64,000 nt of DNA from assembly GCA_964016885.1 (NCBI GenBank), contig OZ024747.1, positions 29,946,001 to 30,010,000 of the forward strand. Direction: 5' to 3'. The notes below the pieces were generated by a model. It saw only the letters and a list, made by a program, of their open reading frames with translations. It did not search any database and had not been told where the DNA came from. The translations under genes were made by a program, and so were the position numbers. Source of the stretch: Eledone cirrhosa. Taxonomy: Eukaryota. The stretch's first letter is position 1. Every line of letters begins with the position of its first letter. Shown here one piece after another: positions 11,400 to 24,300 of the stretch.

Positions 11400-14300
11400 G
11401 AAAAAGCTAAAAAAATCAATTTTAGAAATCGGAAGTAAATATTTCGAAAAGTATAAAAAAATTGATTATTTTAGGTTTTTCACAAATTGATCATTTTAAA
11501 CAGTATTTCGAAAAATTATTTTTTTTCCCAAAACATTGATTTTTTTCTTTCGGAATATATACTTTCTGATTTCGAAAATTGATATATATTTTGTATTTTT
11601 CAAACACAATGTATAAACGCATTTTTTTGAAAAAAAACATTTTTTCCAAATACTGTGTAAAATGATCAATTTGTGAAAAACCTAAAAAAATCAATTTTAG
11701 AAATCAGAAGTAAATATTTCGAAAAGTGTAAACAAATTGATTATTTTAGGTTTTTCACAAATTGATCATTTTACACAGTATTTCGAAAAATTGTTTTTTT
11801 TCAAAAAAGATTGATTTTTTTTCTTTCGAAATATCTACTTTCTGATTTCGAAAATTGTTATATATTTTGTATTTTTAAAAAATTTTTCAGCGTGTATGTA
11901 TAAATGTATAAACGCATTTTTTCCAAATACTGTGTAAAATGATCAATTTGTGAAAAACCTAAAAAAATCAATTTTAGAAATCAGAAGTAAATATTTCGAA
12001 AAGTATAAAAAAATTGATTATTTTAGGTTTTTCACAAATTGATCATTTTACACAGTATTTCGAAAAATTGTTTTTTTTCAAAAAAGATTGATTTTTTTTC
12101 TTTCGAAATATCTACTTTCTGATTTCGAAAATTGTTATATATTTTGTATTTTTAAAAAGTTTTTCAACGTGTCGAAACATAATGTATAAACGCATTTTTT
12201 CCAAATACTGTGTAAAATGATCTATTTGTGAAAAAGCTAAAAAAATCAATTTTAGAAATTGGAAGTAAATATTTCGAAAAGTATAAAAAAATTGATTATT
12301 CTAGGTTCTTCACAAATTGATCATTTTAAACAGTATTTCGAAAAATTATTTTTTTTCCAATAACATTGATTTTTTTCTTTCGAAATATATATTTTCTGAT
12401 TTCGAATATTGATATACATTTTGTATTTTTCAAATATTTTTCAACGTATGTATAAACAATGTATAAACGCATTTTTTTGAAAAAAAACATTTTTTCCAAA
12501 TACTGTTTAAATTGATCAATTTGTGAAAAAACCTAAAAAAATCAATTTTAGAAATCAGAAGTAAATATTTCGAAAAGTGTAAACAAATTGATTATTTTAG
12601 GTTTTTCACAAATTGATCATTTTACACAGTATTTCGAAAAATTGTTTTTTTTCAAAAAAGATTGATTTTTTTTCTTTTGAAATATCTACTTTCTGATTTC
12701 GAAAATTGTTATATATTTTGTATTTTTAAAAAGTTTTTCAACGTGTCGAAACATAATGTATAAACGCATTTCTTCCAAATACTGTGTAAAATGATCTATT
12801 TTTGAAAAAGCTAAAAAAATCAATTTTAGAAATCGGAAGTAAATATTTCGAAAAGTATAAAAAAATTGATTATTTTAGGTTTTTCACAAATTGATCATTT
12901 TAAACAGTATTTCGAAAAATTATTTTTTTTCCCAAAACATTGATTTTTTTCTTTCGGAATATATACTTTCTGATTTCGAAAATTGATATATATTTTGTAT
13001 TTTTCAAACACAATGTATAAACGCATTTTTTTGAAAAAAAACATTTTTTCCAAATACTGTGTAAAATGATCAATTTGTGAAAAACCTAAAAAAATCAATT
13101 TTAGAAATCAGAAGTAAATATTTCGAAAAGTGTAAACAAATTGATTATTTTAGGTTTTTCACAAATTGATCATTTTACACAGTATTTCGAAAAATTGTTT
13201 TTTTTCAAAAAAGATTGATTTTTTTTCTTTCGAAATATCTACTTTCTGATTTCGAAAATTGTTATATATTTTGTATTTTTAAAAAATTTTTCAGCGTGTA
13301 TGTATAAATGTATAAACGCATTTTTTCCAAATACTGTGTAAAATGATCAATTTGTGAAAAACCTAAAAAAATCAATTTTAGAAATCAGAAGTAAATATTT
13401 CGAAAAGTATAAAAAAATTGATTATTTTAGGTTTTTCACAAATTGATCATTTTACACAGTATTTCGAAAAATTGTTTTTTTTCAAAAAAGATTGATTTTT
13501 TTTCTTTCGAAATATCTACTTTCTGATTTCGAAAATTGTTATATATTTTGTATTTTTAAAAAGTTTTTCAACGTGTCGAAACATAATGTATAAACGCATT
13601 TTTTCCAAATACTGTGTAAAATGATCTATTTGTGAAAAAGCTAAAAAAATCAATTTTAGAAATTGGAAGTAAATATTTCGAAAAGTATAAAAAAATTGAT
13701 TATTCTAGGTTCTTCACAAATTGATCATTTTAAACAGTATTTCGAAAAATTATTTTTTTTCCAATAACATTGATTTTTTTCTTTCGAAATATATATTTTC
13801 TGATTTCGAATATTGATATACATTTTGTATTTTTCAAATATTTTTCAACGTATGTATAAACAATGTATAAACGCATTTTTTTGAAAAAAAACATTTTTTC
13901 CAAATACTGTGTAAATTGATCAATTTGTGAAAAAACCTAAAAAAATCAATTTTAGAAATCAGAAGTAAATATTTCGAAAAGTGTAAACAAATTGATTATT
14001 TTAGGTTTTTCACAAATTGATCATTTTACACAGTATTTCGAAAAATTGTTTTTTTTCAAAAAAGATTGATTTTTTTTCTTTTGAAATATCTACTTTCTGA
14101 TTTCGAAAATTGTTATATATTTTGTATTTTTAAAAAGTTTTTCAACGTGTCGAAACATAATGTATAAACGCATTTCTTCCAAATACTGTGTAAAATGATC
14201 TATTTTTGAAAAAGCTAAAAAAATCAATTTTAGAAATCGGAAGTAAATATTTCGAAAAGTATAAAAAAATTGATTATTTTAGGTTTTTCACAAATTGATC

Positions 14301-15939
14301 ATTTTAAACAGTATTTCGAAAAATTATTTTTTTTCCCAAAACATTGATTTTTTTCTTTCGGAATATATACTTTCTGATTTCGAAAATTGATATATATTTT
14401 GTATTTTTCAAACACAATGTATAAACGCATTTTTTTGAAAAAAAACATTTTTTCCAAATACTGTGTAAAATGATCAATTTGTGAAAAACATAAAAAAATC
14501 AATTTTAGAAATCAGAAGTAAATATTTCGAAAAGTGTAAACAAATTGATTATTTTAGGTTTTTCACAAATTGATCATTTTACACAGTATTTCGAAAAATT
14601 GTTTTTTTTCAAAAAAGATTGATTTTTTTTCTTTCGAAATATCTACTTTCTGATTTCGAAAATTGTTATATATTTTGTATTTTTAAAAAATTTTTCAGCG
14701 TGTATGTATAAATGTATAAACGCATTTTTTCCAAATACTGTGTAAAATGATCAATTTGTGAAAAACCTAAAAAAATCAATTTTAGAAATCAGAAGTAAAT
14801 ATTTCGAAAAGTATAAAAAAATTGATTATTTTAGGTTTTTCACAAATTGATCATTTTACACAGTATTTCGAAAAATTGTTTTTTTTCAAAAAAGATTGAT
14901 TTTTTTTCTTTCGAAATATCTACTTTCTGATTTCGAAAATTGTTATATATTTTGTATTTTTAAAAAGTTTTTCAACGTGTCGAAACATAATGTATAAACG
15001 CATTTTTTCCAAATACTGTGTAAAATGATCTATTTGTGAAAAAGCTAAAAAAATCAATTTTAGAAATTGGAAGTAAATATTTCGAAAAGTATAAAAAAAT
15101 TGATTATTCTAGGTTCTTCACAAATTGATCATTTTAAACAGTATTTCGAAAAATTATTTTTTTTCCAATAACATTGATTTTTTTCTTTCGAAATATATAT
15201 TTTCTGATTTCGAATATTGATATACATTTTGTATTTTTCAAATATTTTTCAACGTATGTATAAACAATGTATAAACGCATTTTTTTGAAAAAAAACATTT
15301 TTTCCAAATACTGTGTAAATTGATCAATTTGTGAAAAAACCTAAAAAAATCAATTTTAGAAATCAGAAGTAAATATTTCGAAAAGTGTAAACAAATTGAT
15401 TATTTTAGGTTTTTCACAAATTGATCATTTTACACAGTATTTCGAAAAATTGTTTTTTTTCAAAAAAGATTGATTTTTTTTCTTTTGAAATATCTACTTT
15501 CTGATTTCGAAAATTGTTATATATTTTGTATTTTTAAAAAGTTTTTCAACGTGTCGAAACATAATGTATAAACGCATTTCTTCCAAATACTGTGTAAAAT
15601 GATCTATTTTTGAAAAAGCTAAAAAAATCAATTTTAGAAATCGGAAGTAAATATTTCGAAAAGTATAAAAAAATTGATTATTTTAGGTTTTTCACAAATT
15701 GATCATTTTAAACAGTATTTCGAAAAATTATTTTTTTTCCCAAAACATTGATTTTTTTCTTTCGGAATATATACTTTCTGATTTCGAAAATTGATATATA
15801 TTTTGTATTTTTCAAACACAATGTATAAACGCATTTTTTTAAAAAAAAACATTTTTTCCAAATACTGTGTAAAATGATCAATTTGTGAAAAACCTAAAAA
15901 AATCAATTTTAGAAATCAGAAGTAAATATTTCGAAAAGT
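11400..15939. repeat. 5-monomer higher-order repeat, 1404 bp, ~3.2 near-identical tandem copies
   Basis: Homologous ORFs at 11491, 12895, 14299 and 15703 are each exactly 1404 apart. Monomer lengths 277+278+295+279+275 sum to 1404. The marker ttctaggttcttc recurs near 12300, 13704 and 15108. Confidence 0.95.
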
Positions 15940-16429
15940 ATAAAAAAATTGATTATTTTAGGTTTTTCACAAATTGATCATTTTACACAGTATTTCGAAA
16001 AATTGTTTTTTTACAAAAAACATTGATTTTTTTTCTTTCGAAATATATACTTTCTGATTTCGAAAATTGATATACATTTTGTATTTTTCAAATATTTTTC
16101 AACGTATGTATAAACAATGTATAAACGCATTTTTTTGAAAAAAAACATTTTTTCCAAATACTGTGTAAAATGATCAATTTGTGAAAAACCTAAAAAAATC
16201 AATTTTAGAAATCAGAAGTAGATATTTCGAAAAGTGTAAACAAATTGATTATTTTAGGTTTTTCACAAATTGATCATTTTACACAGTATTTCGAAAAATT
16301 GTTTTTTTTCAAAAAAGATTGATTTTTTTTCTTTTGAAATATCTACTTTCTGATTTCGAAAATTGTTATATAATTTGTATTTTTAAAAAATTTTTCAGCG
16401 TGTATGTATAAATGTATAAACGCATTTTT

Positions 16430-19400
16430 TCCAAATACTGTGTAAAATGATCAATTTGTGAAAAACCTAAAAAAATCAATTTTAGAAATCAGAAGTAAAT
16501 ATTTCGAAAAGTATAAAAAAATTGATTATTTTAGGTTTTTCACAAATTGATCATTTTACACAGTATTTCGAAAAATTGTTTTTTTACAAAAAACATTGAT
16601 TTTTTTTCTTTCGAAATATATACTTTCTGATTTCGAAAATTGATATATATTTTGTATTTTTCAAACAATGTATAAACGCATTTTTTTGAAAAAAAACATT
16701 TTTTCCAAATACTGTGAAAAAACCTAAAAAAATCAATTTTAGAAATTAGAAGTAAATATTTCGAAAAGTGTAAACAAATTGATTATTTTAGGTTTTTCAC
16801 AAATTGATCATTTTACACAGTATTTCGAAAAATTGTTTTTTTTCAAAAAAGATTGATTTTTTTTCTTTTGAAATATCTACTTTCTGATTTCGAAAATTGT
16901 TATATATTTTGTATTTTTAAAAAGTTTTTCAACGTGTCGAAACATAATGTATAAACGCATATTTTCCAAATACTGTGTAAAATGATCTATTTGTGAAAAA
17001 GCTAAAAAAATCAATTTTAGAAATCGGAAGTAAATATTTCGAAACAGTATTTCGAAAAATTATTTTTTTTCCAAAAACATTGATTTTTTTCTTTCGGAAT
17101 GTTTACTTTCTGATTTCGAAAATTGATATATATTTTGTATTTTTCAAACACAATGTATAAACGCATTTTTTTGAAAAAAAACATTTTTTCCAAATACTGT
17201 GTAAAATGATCGATTTGTGAAAAACCTAAAAAAAATCAATTTTAGAAATCAGAAGTAAATATTTCGAAAAGTATTAAAAAATTGATTATTTTTGGTTTTT
17301 CACAAATTGATCATTTTACACAGTATTTCGAAAAATTGTTTTTTTATCAAAAAAGATTGATTTTTTTTCTTTCGAAATATATAATTTCTGATTTCGAAAT
17401 TTGATATATATTTTGTATTTTTCAAAAATTTTTCAATGTGTATGTATAAACGCATTTTTTCCAAGTACTGTGTAAATTGATCAATATGTGAAAAACCTAA
17501 AAAAATCAATTCTAGAAATCAAAAGTAAATATTGCGAAAAGTTGATTATTTTAGGTTTTTTACAAATTGATCATTTTACACAGTATTTCGAAAAATTGTT
17601 TTTTTATCAAAAGACATTGATTTTTTTCTTTCGAAATATATACTTTCTGATTTCGAAAATTGATATATATTTTGTATTTTTCAAACACAATGTATAAACG
17701 CATTTTTTTGAAAAAAAACATTTTTTCCAAATACTGTGTAAAATGATCAATTTGTGAAAAACCTAAAAAAATCAATTTTAGAAATCAGAAGTAGATATTT
17801 CGAAAAGTATAAAAAAATTGATTATTTTAGGTTTTTCACAAATTGATAATTTTACACAGTATTTCGAAAATTTGTTTTTTTTCAAAAAAGATTGATTTTT
17901 TTTCTATCGAAATATATACTTTCTGATTTCGAAAATTGTTATATAATTTGTATTTTTTAAAAATTTTTCAGCGTATAAATGTATAAACGCATTTTTTCCA
18001 AATACTGTGTAAAATGATCAATTTGTTAAAAACCTAAAAAAATCAATTTTAGAAATCAGAAGTAAATATTTCGAAAAGTATAAAAAAAATTGATTATTTT
18101 AGGTTTTTCACAAATTGATAATTTTACACAGTATTTCGAAAATTTGTTTTTTTTCAAAAAAGATTGATTTTTTTTCTATCGAAATATATACTTTCTGATT
18201 TCGAAAATTGATATACATTTTGTATTTTTCAAATATTTTTCAACGTGTTGAAACAAAGTGTATAAACGCATTTTTTTGAAAAAAAAACATTTTTTCCAAA
18301 AAAATCAATTTTAGAAATTAGAAGTAAATATTTCGAAAAGTGTAAACAAATTGATTATTTTAGGTTTTTCACAAATTGATCATTTTACACAGTATTTGGA
18401 AAAATTGTTTTTTTTCAAAAAAGATTGATTTTTTTTCTTTTGAAATATCTACTTTCTGATTTCGAAAATTGTTATATATTTTGTATTTTTAAAAAGTTTT
18501 TCAACGTGTCGAAACATAATGTATAAACGCATTTTTTCCAAATACTGTGTGAAATGATCTATTTTTGAAAAAGCTAAAAAAATCAATTTTAGAAATCGGA
18601 AGTAAATATTTCGAAAAGTATAAAAAAATTGATTATTTTAGGTTTTTCACAAATTGATCATTTTAAACAGTATTTCGAAAAATTATTTTTTTTCCAAAAA
18701 CATTGATTTTTTTCTTTCGGAATATATACTTTCTGATTTCGAAAATTGATATATATTTTGTATTTTTCAAACACAATGTATAAACGCATTTTTTTGAAAA
18801 AAAACATTTTTTCCAAATACTGTGTAAAATGATCAATTTGTGAAAAACCTAAAAAAATCAATTTTAGAAATCAGAAGTAAATATTTCGAAAAGTATAAAA
18901 AAATTGATTATTTTAGGTTTTTCACAAATTGATCATTTTACACAGTATTTCGAAAAATTGTTTTTTTATCAAAAAAGATTGATTTTTTTTCTTTCGAAAT
19001 ATATAATTTCTGATTTCGAAATTTGATATATATTTTGTATTTTTAAAAAGTTTTTCAATGTGTCGAAACATAATGTATAAACGCATTTTATCCAAATACT
19101 GTGTAAAATGATCTATTTGTGAAAAAGCTAAAAAAATCAATTTTAGAAATCGGAAGTAAATATTTCGAAAAGTATAAAAAAATTGATTATTTTAGGTTTT
19201 TCACAAATTGATCATTTTAAACAGTATTTCGAAAAATTATTTTTTTTCCAAAAACATTGATTTTTTTCTTTCGAAATATATACTTTCTGATTTCGAATAT
19301 TGATATACATTTTGTATTTTTCAAATATTTTTCAACGTATGTATAAACAATGTATAAACGCATTTTTTTGAAAAAAAACATTTTTTCCAAATACTGTGTA

Positions 19401-21323
19401 AATTGATCAATTTGTGAAAAAACCTAAAAAAATCAATTTTAGAAATCAGAAGTAAATATTTCGAAAAGTTGATTATTTTAGGTTTTTCACAAATTGATCA
19501 TTTTACACAGTATTTCGAAAAATTGTTTTTTTTCAAAAAAGATTGATTTTTTTTCTTTTGAAATATCTACTTTCTGATTTCGAAAATTGTTATATATTTT
19601 GTATTTTTAAAAAGTTTTTCAACGTGTCGAAACATAATGTATAAACGCATATTTTCCAAATACTGTGTAAAATGATCTATTTGTGAAAAAGCTAAAAAAA
19701 TCAATTTTAGAAATCGGAAGTAAATATTTCGAAACAGTATTTCGAAAAATTATTTTTTTTCCAAAAACATTGATTTTTTTCTTTCGGAATGTATACTTTC
19801 TGATTTCGAAAATTGATATACATTTTGTATTTTTCAAATATTTTTCAACGTGTTGAAACAGTGTATAAACGCATTCTTTTGAAAAAAAAACATTTTTTCC
19901 AAATACTGTGAAAAAATCTAAAAAAATCAATTTTAGAAATTAGAAGTAAATATTTCGAAAAGTGTAAACAAATTGATTATTTTAGGTTTTTCACAAATTG
20001 ATCATTTTACACAGTATTTCGAAAAATTGTTTTTTTTCAAAAAAGATTGATTTTTTTTCTTTTGAAATATCTACTTTCTGATTTCGAAAATTGTTATATA
20101 TTTTGTATTTTTAAAAAGTTTTTCAACGTGTCGAAACATAATGTATAAACGCATTTTTTCCAAATACTGTGTAAAATGATCTATTTGTGAAAAAGCTAAA
20201 AAAATCAATTTTAGAAATCAGAAGTAAATATTTCGAAAAGTATAAAAAAATTGATTATTTTAGGTTTTTCACAAATTGATCATTTTACACAGTATTTCGA
20301 AAAATTGTTTTTTTACAAAAAACATTGATTTTTTTCCTTTCGAAATATAGACTTTCTGATTTCGAAAATTGATATATATTTTGTATTTTTCAAACACAAT
20401 GTATAAACGCATTTTTTTGAAAAAAAACATTTTTTCCAAATACTCTGTAAAATGATCAATTTGTGAAAAACCTAAAAAAATCAATTTTAGAAGTCAGAAG
20501 TAAATATTTCGAAAAGTATAAAAAAAATTGATTATTTTAGGTTTTTCACAAATTGATAATTTTACACAATATTTCGAAAATTTGTTTTTTTTCAAAAAAG
20601 ATTGATTTTTTTTCTATCGAAATATATACTTTCTGATTTCGAAAATTGATATACATTTTGTATTTTTCAAATATTTTTCAACGTGTTGAAACACAGTGTA
20701 TAAACGCATTCTTTTGAAAAAAAAACATTTTTTCCAAATACTGTGAAAAAACCTAAAAAAATCAATTTTAGAAATTAGAAGTAAATATTTCGAAAAGTGT
20801 AAACAAATTGATTATTTTAGGTTTTTCACAAATTGATCATTTTACACAGTATTTCGAAAAATTGTTTTTTTTCAAAAAAGATTGATTTTTTTCTTTTGAA
20901 ATATCTACTTTCTGATTTCGAAAATTGTTATATATTTTGTATTTTTAAAAAATTTTTCAACGTGTATGTATAAATGTATAAACGCATTTTTTCCAAATAC
21001 TGTGTAAAATGATCAATTTGTGAAAAACCTAAAAAAATAAATTTTAGAAATCAGAAGTAAATATTTCGAAAAGTATAAAAAAATTGATTATTTTAGGTTT
21101 TTCACAAATTGATCATTTTACACAGTATTTCGAAAAATTGTTTTTTTACAAAAAACATTGATTTTTTTTCTTTCGAAATATAGACTTTCTGATTTCGAAA
21201 ATTGATATATATTTTGTATTTTTCAAACACAATGTATAAACGCATTTTTTTGAAAAAAAACATTTTTTCCAAATACTCTGTAAAATGATCAATTTGTGAA
21301 AAACCTAAAAAAATCAATTTTAG
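16430..21323. repeat. ~4.9-kb variant-rich monomer block, first copy of a dispersed duplication
   Basis: The ORF series 17300, 17488, 17560, 18658, 18922, 19619, 20269 is repeated at offsets 18952-18954 and 30120-30121. The marker aatattgcgaaaagttgatt is near 17530, 36483 and 47650. Confidence 0.9.
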
Positions 21324-24300
21324 AAGTCAGAAGTAAATATTTCGAAAAGTATAAAAAAATTTATTATTTTAGGTTTTTGATAATTTTACACAATATTTCG
21401 AAAATTTGTTTTTTTTCAAAAAAGATTGATTTTTTTTCTTTTGAAATATCTACTTTCTGATTTCGAAAATTGTTATATATTTTGTATTTTTAAAAAGTTT
21501 TTCAATGTGTCGAAACATAATGTATAAACGCATTTTTTCCAAATACTGTGTAAAATGATCTATTTGTGAAAAAGCTAAAAAAATCAATTTTACAAATCGG
21601 AAGTAAATATTTCGAAAAGTATAAAAAAATTGATTATTTTAGGTTTTTCACAAATTGATCATTTTAAACAGTATTTCGAAAAATTATTCTTTTTCCCAAA
21701 ACATTGATTTTTTTCTTTCGGAATATATACTTTCTGATTTCGAAAATTGATATATATTTTGTATTTTTCAAACACAATGTATAAACGCATTTTTTTGAAA
21801 AAAAACATTTTTTCCAAATACTGTGTAAAATGATCAATTTGTGAAAAACCTAAAAAAATCAATTTTAGAAGTCAGAAGTAAATATTTCGAAAAGTGTAAA
21901 CAAATTGATTATTTTAGGTTTTTCACAAATTGATCATTTTACACAGTATTTCGAAAAATTGTTTTTTTTCAAAAAAGATTGATTTTTTTTCTTTCGAAAT
22001 ATCTACTTTCTGATTTCGAAAATTGTTATATATTTTGTATTTTTAAAAAATTTTTCAGCGTGTATGTATAAATGTATAAACGCATTTTTTCCAAATACTG
22101 TGTAAAATGATCAATTTGTGAAAAACCTAAAAAAATCAATTTTAGAAATCAGAAGTAAATATTTCAAAAAGTATAAAAAAATTGATTATTTTAGGTTTTT
22201 CACAAATTGATCATTTTACACAGTATTTCGAAAAATTGTTTTTTTACAAAAAACATTGATTTTTTTTCTTTCGAAATATAGACTTTCTGATTTCGAAAAT
22301 TGATATATATTTTGTATTTTTCAAACACAATGTATAAACGCATTTTTTTGAAAAAAAACATTTTTTCCAAATACTGTGTAAATTGATCAATTTGTGAAAA
22401 ACCTAAAAAAATCAATTCTAGAAATCAAAAGTAAATATTTCGAAAAGTGTAAACAAATTGATTATTTTAGGTTTTTCACAAATTGATCATTTTACACAGT
22501 ATTTCGAAAAATTTTTTTTTTCAAAGAAGATTGATTTTTTTTCTTTCGAAATATCTACTTTCTGATTTCGAAAATTGTTATATATTTTGTATTTTTAAAA
22601 AGTTTTTCAACGTGTCGAAACAATGTATAAACGCATTTTTTCCAAATACTGTGTAAAATGATCAATTTGTGAAAAACCTAAAAAAATCAATTTTAGAAAT
22701 CAGAAGTAAATATTTCGAAAAGTATAAAAAAATTGATTATTTTAGGTTTTTCACAAATTGATCATTTTACACAGTATTTCGAAAAATTGTTTTTTTACAA
22801 AAAACATTGATTTTTTTTCTTTCGAAATATATACTTTCTGATTTCGAAAATTGATATATATTTTGTATTTTTCAAACACAATGTATAAACGCATTTTTTT
22901 GAAAAAAAACATTTTTTCCAAATACTCTGTAAAATGATCAATTTGTGAAAAACCTAAAAAAATCAATTTTAGAAGTCAGAAGTAAATATTTCGAAAAGTA
23001 TAAAAAAATTGATTATTTTAGGTTTTTCACAAATTGATAATTTTACACAATATTTCGAAAATTTGTTTTTTTTCAAAAAAGATTGATTTTTTTTCTATCG
23101 AAATATATACTTTCTGATTTCGAAAATTGATATACATTTTGTATTTTTCAAATATTTTTCAACGTGTTGAAACACAGTGTGTAAACGCATTCTTTTGAAA
23201 AAAAAACATTTTTTCCAAATACTGTGAAAAAACCTAAAAAAATCAATTTTAGAAATCGGAAGTAAATATTTCGAAAAGTATAAAAAAATTGATTATTTTA
23301 GGTTTTTCACAAATTGATCATTTTAAACAGTATTTCGAAAAATTATTTTTTTTCCCAAAACATTGATTTTTTTCTTTCGGAATATATACTTTCTGATTTC
23401 GAAAATTGATATATATTTTGTATTTTTCAAACACAATGTATAAACGCATTTTTTTGAAAAAAAAACATTTTTTCCAAATACTCTGTAAAATGATCAATTT
23501 GTGAAAAACCTAAAAAAATCAATTTTAGAAGTCAGAAGTAAATATTTCGAAAAGTATAAAAAAAATTGATTATTTTAGGTTTTTCACAAATTGATAATTT
23601 TACACAATATTTCGAAAATTTGTTTTTTTTCAAAAAAGATTGATTTTTTTTCTATCGAAATATATACTTTCTGATTTCGAAAATTGATATACATTTTGTA
23701 TTTTTCAAATATTTTTCAACGTGTTGAAACACAGTGTATAAACGCATTCTTTTGAAAAAAAAACATTTTTTCCAAATACTGTGAAAAAACCTAAAAAAAT
23801 CAATTTTAGAAATTAGAAGTAAATATTTCGAAAAGTGTAAACAAATTGATTATTTTAGGTTTTTCACAAATTGATCATTTTACACAGTATTTCGAAAAAT
23901 TGTTTTTTTTCAAAAAAGATTGATTTTTTTCTTTTGAAATATCTACTTTCTGATTTCGAAAATTGTTATATATTTTGTATTTTTAAAAAATTTTTCAACG
24001 TGTATGTATAAATGTATAAACGCATTTTTTCCAAATACTGTGTAAAATGATCAATTTGTGAAAAACCTAAAAAAATCAATTTTAGAAATCAGAAGTAAAT
24101 ATTTCGAAAAGTATAAAAAAATTGATTATTTTAGGTTTTTCACAAATTGATCATTTTACACAGTATTTCGAAAAATTGTTTTTTTACAAAAAACATTGAT
24201 TTTTTTTCTTTCGAAATATAGACTTTCTGATTTCGAAAATTGATATATATTTTGTATTTTTCAAACACAATGTATAAACGCATTTTTTTGAAAAAAAACA

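Noticed and set aside
17488-17697. Plus-strand ORFs (17488, 36442, 47609) as evidence of an inverted block in the array
   Set aside because: Monomer orientation is unchanged there. The ORF opens because of a local ATG-creating substitution (caatatgtg) and a 10-bp deletion, and reads through the right arm of the internal inverted repeat.
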